DNA from: Planctomycetota bacterium
GTDB taxonomy: Bacteria > Planctomycetota > SZUA-567 > H5-PLA8
NCBI GenBank assembly: GCA_038227875.1
Contig: JBBRPR010000086.1
Location: 1 to 31,118, forward strand
DNA: 31,118 nt
Reading direction: 5' to 3'
The translations under genes and the position numbers were made by a program. The notes under the pieces were generated by a model, which saw only the letters and a list, made by a program, of their open reading frames with translations, ran no database searches and was not told where the DNA came from. Shown here one piece after another: positions 1 through 8,416 of the stretch (positions are counted from its first letter, which is position 1; each line of letters starts with the position of its first letter).

Positions 1-138
1 CCCTGCAAAGTTCGAGCTTTGCGGGGACCTGCTGTTTTTATAACCGTCCGAAATCTTCTGCGGCCTACTGACCGCATCGGCGCAGATTAGCGCGAGAATT
101 ACTGCTGTCTACGATGCAATACTGTGAGAGCCCTGACA
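1..138 (-). mobile_element. Left copy of a 138-bp terminal inverted repeat; probable transposon or transposable-phage end facing outward
   Basis: Exact reverse complement of 30979..31116. Ends ...GAGAGCCCTGACA at 138 (5'-TGTCAGGG on the minus strand) and abuts CCGGG. It interrupts a PAS-domain ORF. The repeat is certain; the identity as a mobile-element end is inferred. Confidence 0.8.
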
Positions 139-2205
139 CCGGGTGCGCCGTAGCGATGGCTTGTGGCGTTGGCTTATGATCCGTGGCGTGCCGATTCTGG
201 ATTCGACAGGGAGAGCCAAAGAATGGACCGGTTCCACTCTCGATATCACGGATCTCAAAAACGCTGAATTAGCGTTTAAGGCAAGCGAAAGCGACTTTCG
301 CTTGCTTGCCGAGGCAATGCCACAAATTGTCTGGGCAACGCGGGCTGATGGCTGGAATACCTACTTCAACAAACAGTGGGTTGACTATACGGGAATGTCC
401 CTGGAAGCCACGGGCACGGCTGGAATATCCCCTTTCACCCGGATGATCGCAAACGAGCCTGGGACGCGTGGCAGGGCGCAGTACAGGGAAATTCTGAATA
501 CTCGCTCGAATGCAGACTGAAACGGCACGACGGCGCATATCGCTGGTGGTTGATTCGCGGTGTTCCGGTACGCGACTCCAACGGAAATATACAACGATGG
601 TTTGGAACGTGCACTGATATTGAAGACCTTAAACAGAGTCAGCAAAAAGCGTTGACGACGCAAGCATTATTAGCTGAAGCGCAACGTATTGCGCACATCG
701 GAAATTGGACGTGGGACTCAGTAAACAACGTGGTCTGGTGGTCCGAGGAGTTATTCAATTTGTATGGAAAGACTCCTGGATCGGCACCACCGACGTACGA
801 AGAGGATCAACGAAATTACACGACAGAAAGCGCCGCGCTTCTGAGCCGCAAGGTGATTGAAGCGTTGCGGGAGGGCAAGTCCTACGAAGTCGAGTTGGAA
901 TTGAATCAAAAACTATCTGGCCCCGCACGGTGGGTGTCCGCAAGAGGCGAGGCTGTTCGGGATGCAAGCGGGAAAATCATTGGGCTCCGCGGAACCGCGC
1001 AGGACATTACCGATCGCAAACTGGCGGAGATCAAACGCAATGTCCTGGAAACGCAGCTGCTCCAAGCGCAAAAAATGAAGGCGATTGGAACGCTGGCCGG
1101 CGGCATTGCGCACGATTTTAACAATATACTTTGCATCATCATGGCCAATACGGCAATGCTGGATGCGGCCCTGGACGAGGGGCAGAAAGCAAAACAATAT
1201 TTGCATCCGATTATAAAGGCTGGCGAGCGGGCCAGCGATCTGATTAAGCATCTACTGGCCTTCGGCAGTCCCAAGGATCTCAAAAAGACTGTCGTGAACT
1301 TTGACAGCTCGATTGACAACTCGCTTAAGCTATTGCGCGCAACAATTCCCTCTTCCGTGGCGATTAACGTACGACTGGGCACGGGCAAGGCCGGAATACT
1401 CGCTGATGAAACGCAAATTCACCAGGTTGTAATGAATCTCGTCACCAATGCATGGCAGGCAATCCCCAAAGGAACGGGCACGATCGACATTTTCACGGAC
1501 GTAATTGAAACGGGTTCCGAAACCACGCCTACCGGCGAGACGCTTCCGCCGGAGCGCTATGCCCGTTTACAGATTCATGACAACGGGCACGGCATACCAA
1601 AGGAGATGATCGGGCGTGTATTCGAACCTTTTTTCACCACAAAAGGCGTTGGCGAAGGAACAGGGCTGGGATTGGCAGTGGTTCATGGCGTTACTCTAAA
1701 CCATGGTGGATCAATTGCGGTTGAGAGTGAAGTGGGCGTTGGCACAACTTTTAAATTGCTTTTTCCAATCCTATCAGAGGCGACTTCCAGCTCCGAGCCC
1801 CATCAAAAATCCGCGTCTCCGACGCCTGCAATAAAAACGGGCGCTCGGTTGTTTGTAGTTGATGACGAGGTCGACTTGCTCGCCCTCATTCAAGAATGTC
1901 TGTCGAATCTCGGATACACCATCGTCGTGTTTAACTCCCCGGAAAGCGCACTGTCGGTGCTTCGAAATATGGATGAGAGATGCGATCTGCTGATAACGGA
2001 CCTGTCGATGCCAGAGATGACGGGGCTTCAGTTGATCGAGGAAGTGCGCAAGTTGCGGCCGTCGTTACCCGCGATCATGGTCACGGGTAATGCTACTCCC
2101 CAAACGCGGTTATCCACTGAGCGACTGGGCGTCCAACTACTGCCAAAACCATGGAGGATTTCTTCGCTTAATGGCGCAGTTCAAAATGGATTGAAGTTAA
2201 GTTAG
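139..2205 (+). pseudogene. 5'-truncated, frameshifted multi-PAS hybrid histidine kinase (PAS/PAC-HisKA-HATPase-REC)
   Basis: Begins mid-PAC motif (RVRRSDGLWRW) at the repeat junction. A frame change at about 404-408 joins TGMSLE to SHGHGWNIPFHPDD. H-box GGIAHDFNNIL, N-box QVVMNLVTNA, G boxes DNGHG and GTGLGL, F-box FEPFFTTK, receiver motifs VVDDE, DLSMP and LPKP. Confidence 0.88.
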
Positions 2206-2220
2206 CGAGTCAAATTGAGA

Positions 2221-2257
2221 GCCCCATCTCCATTATCCTTAAAAATGGAGATGGGGC
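2221..2257. terminator. 14-bp perfect inverted repeat between convergent genes; probable bidirectional terminator
   Basis: GCCCCATCTCCATT-N9-AATGGAGATGGGGC. No clear U-tract. Confidence 0.55.
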
Positions 2258-2292
2258 ACCTTCCAACGCTTCGTTGAGCTGACAGGCGTTGC

Positions 2293-2805
2293 TCAGTGCG
2301 CCGCCTTCGCGCTCTCCGCCGTGTCCTTCAGTTCGCCCTGCGAGAGGATGCAGTCGGCGTCCAGGAGGATGATCACGTTCTTGCCGACCTTGGCCATGCC
2401 GAGGATGAACTCGGTCGAGATGTTGACTCCGAATTCCGGGGTCGCTTCGATCTGGTCGGCGTTCACGTTCAGCACTTCCGAGACCGTGTCGACGATGATG
2501 CCCATCGTGATGATCGAATCCCCGCGCTGCACCTGGACGACGACGATGCAGGTCCGTTCGTTGTCGTCTTTGGCGTCGAAGTTCAGTTTGCGGCGCAGGT
2601 CCAGCACCGCGATGACCTTGCCCCGCAGGTTGATCACGCCGCGGATGTAATCCGGCGCGCGCGGGACGCGGGTGACGTTCATGATGCCGATGATCTCCTG
2701 CACCTTCAGGATCTCCAGGCCGTAAAGCTCCCCGGCGAGGTTGAAGGTCAGGTAGCGTCCGGCGCGCGCGGTCACTGCACTCTTTTCACTGGCTTTGGTG
2801 CTCAT
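2293..2805 (-). CDS. cheW: Chemotaxis coupling protein CheW
   Basis: YLTFNLAGELYGLEILKVQEII...ITRVP-like VTRVPRAPDYIRGVINLRGKVIAVLDLR...GIIVDTVSEV. AAGGA RBS favours ATG 2805 over 2814. Confidence 0.95.
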   Translation of the reverse strand: MSTKASEKSAVTARAGRYLTFNLAGELYGLEILKVQEIIGIMNVTRVPRAPDYIRGVINLRGKVIAVLDLRRKLNFDAKDDNERTCIVVVQVQRGDSIITMGIIVDTVSEVLNVNADQIEATPEFGVNISTEFILGMAKVGKNVIILLDADCILSQGELKDTAESAKAAH

Positions 2806-2842
2806 GCGATTCATTCCTTTCGGGAAGACTCCGCCTTGGCTT

Positions 2843-4588
2843 CTAGAAGCCGCTCAGTTCCTCGTCCGTCAGCGGAATCGCCACGGATGCCTTGCGCTTG
2901 CCGTTGCCATTGCTCGTGCCATTGACGTGCCCCTTCGCGTGTCCGTTTAGCGTTGCGACGCGGTTGGTCGGTACGTGGACCGCGCTGGCCTTGCGGGCGG
3001 CCTTGGGCGCGGGCGCGTAGTGAGACTTCGCCGGCGCGACGGTCTGCAGCTTCTCCGCGCGCTGCGGAGGAGGCGGCGCGCTTCCGGCTTCGCTGGAGCC
3101 GCGGATCAGCTTGATCAGCGCGTTGACCATGTCCTGGAGCTCGCGGGACTGCGCGGAGAGTTCCTCGCTGGCGGAAGCCGACTCTTCGGCGTTGGCGGCG
3201 TTGGACTGGGTCACCTTGTCCATCTCACTGACGGCCGTGTTGATCTGCTCGACGCCCTTCGACTGCTCGCCGCTGGCGGCGGCGACTTCGCCGATCAGCT
3301 GCTTGACCTTGTTGGCTGCATCAACGGTGTTGGAGAAGCTCTTGGCGATCTCCACTTCGACGGCGCGCTTGAGGATCTCGGAGACCTCCGACGAAGCCTT
3401 CACGCCGTTTTCGGCATTGCGCTGGGATTCTTCGATCAGCGCCGCGGTGTTCTTCGCCGCTTCGGCTGAACGCTGGGCGAGATTGCGGACCTCTTCGGCG
3501 ACGACGGCGAAACCCTTGCCCGCTTCACCGGCTCGAGCGGCTTCGACGGCGGCGTTCAAGGCCAGCAGATTGGTCTGGAAGGCGATCTCGTCGATGGTCT
3601 TGACGATCTTGGCTGTCTGGTCCGCGGAGCTCTTGATCTTCTGAATCGCATCGTTCATGCCGCCGATGCGCGCGGTCAGTTCGCCACCCATTTTACGCGT
3701 GGTGTTCTGGCCGGCTTCCGCGGCGGAACTGGCTTCATCGGAGACCGCGCGTGCAGCGCGGGCGTTGTCGGCGTTCTGGCGGGTCATCGAGGCCATTTCT
3801 TCCAGCGACGCCGAGGTCTCTTCGAGACTCGACGCCTGTTGGCTGGCACCGGACGCCATGCTCTGGCTGGACTGCGCCACCTGCGTGGCGGCCGCGGCAA
3901 CCTGTTCGGCGCTCGAGCGCAGGGTCATGGCGATGGCGTTGAGCGATCCGTTGACGTTGCGGGTGATCCCGAATGCGGCGACGCCGCCCAGGGCCAGGGC
4001 CACAAGCAGCGCGATCAGGATGCCCCATTCGGATTCAGAGAGCAAATTCGCGATGCTCACTGAACTGGCGTTGCCAACGTCCTTGTTGTATTCGGAGAGC
4101 GCGTCGATGGCGGACATGTATCCGGAAAATGCAGGCATCACTTTGGATTTCCAGACCAACAGACCTTCGGTGTTCTTCTCCGCGTGGATCAAGGCGATCA
4201 CTTCGTTGTAGGCAAGCAGGTACGCAGCTCGTTTGGATTTAAGCGTCTCGTAAAGTTCCTTGTCGCGCGCTTCAAATATCGTCTGGGCGTATTTATCCAG
4301 GATGGCTGTCGTTTTGGTGCGGCCTTCATCGTAGCGGCGTTCGCAATCCGCCAGTTCCGCTTTGTCCACTGCAGTGAACATGGAATGAAGCGCCATGAGG
4401 TTATCTTTCACCTGTGCGCGAGCCTCGGACATCAAGTAGACGCCGGGCAGACTGTCTTCCGTGATGCTGTGGGCAATCTTGCTGATCGAGATCAACCGCG
4501 AGCGCGCAAAAATTCCCAAGGCAACTGTGATGGCCAGCGTCAACGCGAAGCCGCACATTATTTTCTTGCCCACCGTAAAATTACTCAT
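2843..4588 (-). CDS. Methyl-accepting chemotaxis protein (TM, four-helix sensor, TM, signalling domain, C-terminal tether)
   Basis: Hairpin tip [44 protein letters not shown]. Two hydrophobic segments. Low-complexity linker ending [18 protein letters not shown] before ATG 4588. Confidence 0.95.
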   Translation of the reverse strand: MSNFTVGKKIMCGFALTLAITVALGIFARSRLISISKIAHSITEDSLPGVYLMSEARAQVKDNLMALHSMFTAVDKAELADCERRYDEGRTKTTAILDKYAQTIFEARDKELYETLKSKRAAYLLAYNEVIALIHAEKNTEGLLVWKSKVMPAFSGYMSAIDALSEYNKDVGNASSVSIANLLSESEWGILIALLVALALGGVAAFGITRNVNGSLNAIAMTLRSSAEQVAAAATQVAQSSQSMASGASQQASSLEETSASLEEMASMTRQNADNARAARAVSDEASSAAEAGQNTTRKMGGELTARIGGMNDAIQKIKSSADQTAKIVKTIDEIAFQTNLLALNAAVEAARAGEAGKGFAVVAEEVRNLAQRSAEAAKNTAALIEESQRNAENGVKASSEVSEILKRAVEVEIAKSFSNTVDAANKVKQLIGEVAAASGEQSKGVEQINTAVSEMDKVTQSNAANAEESASASEELSAQSRELQDMVNALIKLIRGSSEAGSAPPPPQRAEKLQTVAPAKSHYAPAPKAARKASAVHVPTNRVATLNGHAKGHVNGTSNGNGKRKASVAIPLTDEELSGF

Positions 4589-4644
4589 GACGACGATCTC
4601 CAATTCTGTTGGCGCTCACACTGAGCAAGCCTGCATCAAGAGTG

Positions 4645-4660
4645 GCATTCGCCGTGCCAA
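4645..4660 (-). promoter_or_regulatory. Putative sigma54 (-24/-12) promoter of mcp-cheW
   Basis: Minus strand TTGGCACGGCGAATGC has GG-N10-GC and a full TGGCACG, about 57 nt upstream of the MCP start. Confidence 0.65.
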
Positions 4661-4904
4661 GACTGAGAAGCATGAAACAGGAAATAGATGCTGGAATCGG
4701 AAGACTTTCAGGCCGAAAGTTCCGGAAATGTCATTACGATGTCCGATTTTTACCACTTTTGGGAATGCAGTATTCCGTACGGTCGACTGCTCAATTTGCC
4801 AGAATACGTGAGACGATTCACCCCCAACCTTTCGTAGTGCTGATTTATTCGAGTCTTTAAGTTGAGGACGCATGTGCTTCGTTCCGCTCGTCGCCAAGTC
4901 TCGT

Positions 4905-5018
4905 TTAGAAGCCGCTCAGTTCATCGTCGGTCAGGGGGATTGCCACGGAGGCCTTGCGTTGCTCGTGCCGTAGGCCGTGCGCGCACGCGCGGTTTCTGCC
5001 GAGGCCAGCGCGGCTCAT
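4905..5018 (-). pseudogene. Remnant or mini-copy of an MCP 3' end; 37-codon [40 protein letters not shown]
   Basis: The last 17 codons plus stop match the MCP tail at 2843..2896 with 7 differences, all at third codon positions. Confidence 0.75.
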
Positions 5019-5033
5019 CCGAACTTCCAATTA

Positions 5034-5049
5034 GCTCAGGACGTGCCAA
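5034..5049 (-). promoter_or_regulatory. Second putative sigma54 promoter, directly upstream of the MCP-tail remnant
   Basis: Minus strand TTGGCACGTCCTGAGC (GG-N10-GC). The -12 element is degenerate. Confidence 0.5.
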
Positions 5050-5220
5050 TTTTGTTTTTCCCGAAAACTCAGAACGGTTTGCCGAAATTGTCCATCGGAC
5101 GGCAGAAATTAATGAGGATTGAATAAATGTAGAAGCTCGAATTGAGACAATCATCTATTCCGGCGTCGATCTCAGAATTAAATAGCGTACTTCCACGAAT
5201 GAGAAATGGTGGCGCGCAAT

Positions 5221-6657
5221 TCACTGCGCATTCCCAAGTCGGATGGGCGGGTTGGTCTGGTAGAGCACCGGGCCTCGAACCATCGACTTGAGCAGGCGCG
5301 GCATATCGTTCGTTTCGGGAGGAAGATCGGCGGGTTCGATCGATTTGATTTCGACGCCTTCGATTTCCTCGTTGAACCAGATGAGCGCGAGGTCCCGGGC
5401 TGGGATCTGCGCGGGGTACTCGTCGACGATCGTGATCTGGCCGTTGAGGGTTTGAACGACGTAGCGGCCGAAGACGTAGTTGACGATTGTCGGGATGTTC
5501 TTCCCGACGTCGTCGATTTTGACGACTTTGTAACCCGAGCGGCGAAACTGCGTGTTGGAGTTCTTGTCGAACCACTGCACGCAGGTGCCACCGTTGCCTT
5601 TGGCGTCTTTCAAAAGGAGTTGCGACGAGACCGTGACGGCCACCGGGAGTTGATCGATCGCGACGGGCAGACGAAGGCCGGTGTTGGTGTTGAATTCCGG
5701 CGTCAAGCGCGCAGGGCGTTCGCCATCGGCGGCGTGCCAGGTCCACGTGGAGAGAACCATGTCCTGGAGATCGGCGGGCGGTCCCTTTTCGAACGTCCAC
5801 TTGCGGTAGAGCTTTGACGGCGCAGCCGGTGCGGTAGTCAAAACCGCTGCAGGCTGTTTCAGGAGATACCAACCGCCGGCTGCTACACAGAGCAACGCGA
5901 CAGCCCAAAGGGATTTTGCGGCGGCGGAAGAACCGCGCGCAGGCGCTTTCGCGCGGAGGCTCGAGCGCTGAAGCTGTTTGAGCAGCCGCGGTGCCAGGTG
6001 CGGTGGCGCGCGGTGACCGGAGTGAAACAGATCGCCGAGACCCTGTTCATTGAGCAGGGGGAGCGCGGCGCCGAATCCGGCTGCGCCCAGGCCGACACGC
6101 AGATGGCCGAGGATCTTCTTGATGCGCGCCGAGACGGCCTGCTGCGTGATCGAGAACGTCTTGGCCAGCTCGCCCTGGCTCAGGCCGCCACCAAAGTGGA
6201 GCGCCAGGAGCTGGCGGTCGGTTTCGGGGAGCGCGTCGACCAGATGGCGCAGGCCTTCGCGCGTGTCCTGATCTTCAGCGCCGACGACGGCCGAGCGGTC
6301 GGCGCTGGCGGCCTCGCCGGGGTCGGATTCATCGATGGACTGCATGGCGTGCCTCTTTCGTTTGCGGATATGGCGGAGACTTTCGCGCGCGACGATACGC
6401 AGGAACCACGAGCGCGGCGTACCGTCACCCCGGTAGTCGGCGACTTTGGCCCAGACGCGGATGAGTGCTTCCTGCACCGCCTCCGAGGCATCGTCGGCGT
6501 TTCCGGTGATGTGAAAGGCGAGACTCGACGCGCTGTGTTCGTGCCGTTTGACAAATTCGACAAAAGCATCCGTGTCGCGCGTGGAGGCCGCGCGATTGAG
6601 CAGTTCTTCGTCCGCCAGGTTGGCGTGCACGGCCACGGATTCGTTCACGGGTGTCAT
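5221..6657 (-). CDS. ECF sigma factor with a long C-terminal extension (TM helix plus extracytoplasmic domain)
   Basis: Region 2 (DASEAVQEALIRVW...PRSWFLRIVARE) and region 4 (LPETDRQLLALHFGGGLSQGELAKTFSITQQAVSARI), then TM LWAVALLCVAAGGWYLL and about 200 aa of beta-rich sequence. Start uncertain (6657 or 6675). Confidence 0.85.
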   Translation of the reverse strand: MTPVNESVAVHANLADEELLNRAASTRDTDAFVEFVKRHEHSASSLAFHITGNADDASEAVQEALIRVWAKVADYRGDGTPRSWFLRIVARESLRHIRKRKRHAMQSIDESDPGEAASADRSAVVGAEDQDTREGLRHLVDALPETDRQLLALHFGGGLSQGELAKTFSITQQAVSARIKKILGHLRVGLGAAGFGAALPLLNEQGLGDLFHSGHRAPPHLAPRLLKQLQRSSLRAKAPARGSSAAAKSLWAVALLCVAAGGWYLLKQPAAVLTTAPAAPSKLYRKWTFEKGPPADLQDMVLSTWTWHAADGERPARLTPEFNTNTGLRLPVAIDQLPVAVTVSSQLLLKDAKGNGGTCVQWFDKNSNTQFRRSGYKVVKIDDVGKNIPTIVNYVFGRYVVQTLNGQITIVDEYPAQIPARDLALIWFNEEIEGVEIKSIEPADLPPETNDMPRLLKSMVRGPVLYQTNPPIRLGNAQ

Positions 6658-6665
6658 CTCTGGAG

Positions 6666-7529
6666 TTACAAACACACTTTCAACGCGTCGTGCGTGGATT
6701 CAAATTCGTTCGCGTGAAGTTCAGGCGCAGCGGCCACTGAACCGGCCGTGAGCGGATCGAGCAGCACCAACTCCGGCGCCAGCGGCACGGTCTCGCCGGC
6801 TACGATGCGCACGGCCAGCGTCACGGACAATCCCGCGGCGGTGTACGAGCCCGGACAGAGCTGCGAGATCGGACAGACGTTGCCTGCGTCGAGAATCTGG
6901 CTCAACACGCCCAGCGCATACGGCGGGAAAACGGCCGCGTAGCGGCGCATCAGCCGCGCGAAGGCGGAAACGAAGTCCGGAACCGAGGCGTAGGCGTCGT
7001 GACCGAGCAGTTCGGCCAGCGAGGGTCCGCGCGGATGAAAAACCAGCGCCGCCCCACCCCAGCCCACGGACATCGGTGCGACGACCGGAATCCCCTGCTC
7101 GCGCGCGGTGGCGTGGAGCGCCCGAATCGCCAGCGGCGAGCGAAAGTCGATGGTGTCGACGATCACGCCGGCTCCGTGGAGCAGACGCGCAGCGTTGTCT
7201 TCATCGAGGAACTTAGGGACCGATTCGATCTGCGCGTGAGGATGGATGGCGCGGAGGCGTTCGGCGACGGCGTCGGTCTTCGAGCAGTCGACGTCAGAGT
7301 TGCGGAAATTCTGGCGGTTGAGATTGTGGGCTTCGACCCGGTCGCCATCGATCAGGCGGATGTGAGTAAAGCCCGTGCGCAGCGCGGCTTCGGCGATGAC
7401 TCCGCCGAGCCCGCAACCGGTGATCACCAGCGTCGTATGCCGCAAGCGCTTCTGCAAAGCGCCGGGGATGAAGGCCTGATTGCGGGCCGTCAGTGTGTTG
7501 TAGGCGTTGTCCTCAATCATGGTGCGCAT
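6666..7529 (-). CDS. ThiF/MoeB/HesA family (E1-like) adenylyltransferase
   Basis: VITGCGLGG, LIDGDRVEAHNLNRQ, K-x-D and IVDTID motifs. No CxxC zinc pairs seen. Confidence 0.88.
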   Translation of the reverse strand: MRTMIEDNAYNTLTARNQAFIPGALQKRLRHTTLVITGCGLGGVIAEAALRTGFTHIRLIDGDRVEAHNLNRQNFRNSDVDCSKTDAVAERLRAIHPHAQIESVPKFLDEDNAARLLHGAGVIVDTIDFRSPLAIRALHATAREQGIPVVAPMSVGWGGAALVFHPRGPSLAELLGHDAYASVPDFVSAFARLMRRYAAVFPPYALGVLSQILDAGNVCPISQLCPGSYTAAGLSVTLAVRIVAGETVPLAPELVLLDPLTAGSVAAAPELHANEFESTHDALKVCL

Positions 7530-7620
7530 CTCCCTTTAGGGGTGTGGGCCGTTCTACACTGCTGACCGTTGCGATAAGCGGGCTACAAACGGAAAGTCGA
7601 AATATTTTGGAACTTCTTCT

Positions 7621-8397
7621 TTAATGGGCGGTCCAGCCGCCATCGACCAGGATCGTGGTGCCGGTAATCAAGGATGCGGCGGGCGAGGCCAGGAAGACGA
7701 CGGCACCGGCCACGTCCATGGGCTCGCCGATGCGGCCGAGTTTGATCATCGAGAGGATGTGCGCGCGCGACGCGGGGTTGGAAAGCTCCTCGGCCGTGCC
7801 GGGCGTGCGGATAAACGTCGGCGCGACGTTGTTGACGGTGATGTTGTGCTGGCCCCATTCGACGGCCATGCATTTGGTCAGGTGGGCGATGCCGGCCTTG
7901 GTCATGCAGTAGACCGACTCCATCGGCAGCGCGACGGCGCCGGCCTGTGAGCCAAGGTTGACGATGCGGCCGTACTTCTGCGCGATCATGACGCGGGCGG
8001 CTGCCTGGCTGACAAAGTAGGTGCCTTTCAGATTCACAGCGACGATGCGGTCAAAGTCCTCTTCCTTGACGTCTTCTGCCGGATCGCTTTTGCCGATGCC
8101 GGCGTTGTTGATCAGGATGTCCAGCCGTCCGAAGTGCTGCGCGGTCTTCTCAACGCCGGCGCTGACTTCGTCGAGCGACGTGACATTCATCTGCAAGGGC
8201 AGCGCGCGGCGGCCGAGGGCTTCGATCTGCTTCACGAGTTCGCCGCCGGATTTGACGTCGCGCAAACCCAACGCAATGTCGGCTCCGGCGTGCGCGCAGG
8301 CCAGCGCAATGGCGTTGCCGAGGCCTCGGGCGGCGCCGGTGATCAGCGCGATCTGGCCGGTTAGATTGAAGCGTGGGTATTCGTTGGCGGTGGTCAT
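7621..8397 (-). CDS. Classical SDR oxidoreductase (gluconate 5-dehydrogenase/KduD/FabG-like)
   Basis: TGAARGLG, INNAG, YCMTK catalytic motif, VDGG. AAGGA RBS before ATG 8397. Confidence 0.92.
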   Translation of the reverse strand: MTTANEYPRFNLTGQIALITGAARGLGNAIALACAHAGADIALGLRDVKSGGELVKQIEALGRRALPLQMNVTSLDEVSAGVEKTAQHFGRLDILINNAGIGKSDPAEDVKEEDFDRIVAVNLKGTYFVSQAAARVMIAQKYGRIVNLGSQAGAVALPMESVYCMTKAGIAHLTKCMAVEWGQHNITVNNVAPTFIRTPGTAEELSNPASRAHILSMIKLGRIGEPMDVAGAVVFLASPAASLITGTTILVDGGWTAH

Positions 8398-8416
8398 CGT
8401 GATTCCTTTGAGATGT

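Noticed and set aside
1..138. Known library adapter (Tn5 mosaic end, Mu R-end, lambda cos)
   Set aside because: No match to those sequences as I recall them. Other vectors cannot be excluded without a UniVec search.
143..147. GTGCG next to the repeat junction as a group II intron 5' end
   Set aside because: It is in-frame PAC coding sequence (V-R). No domain V or reverse transcriptase is visible.
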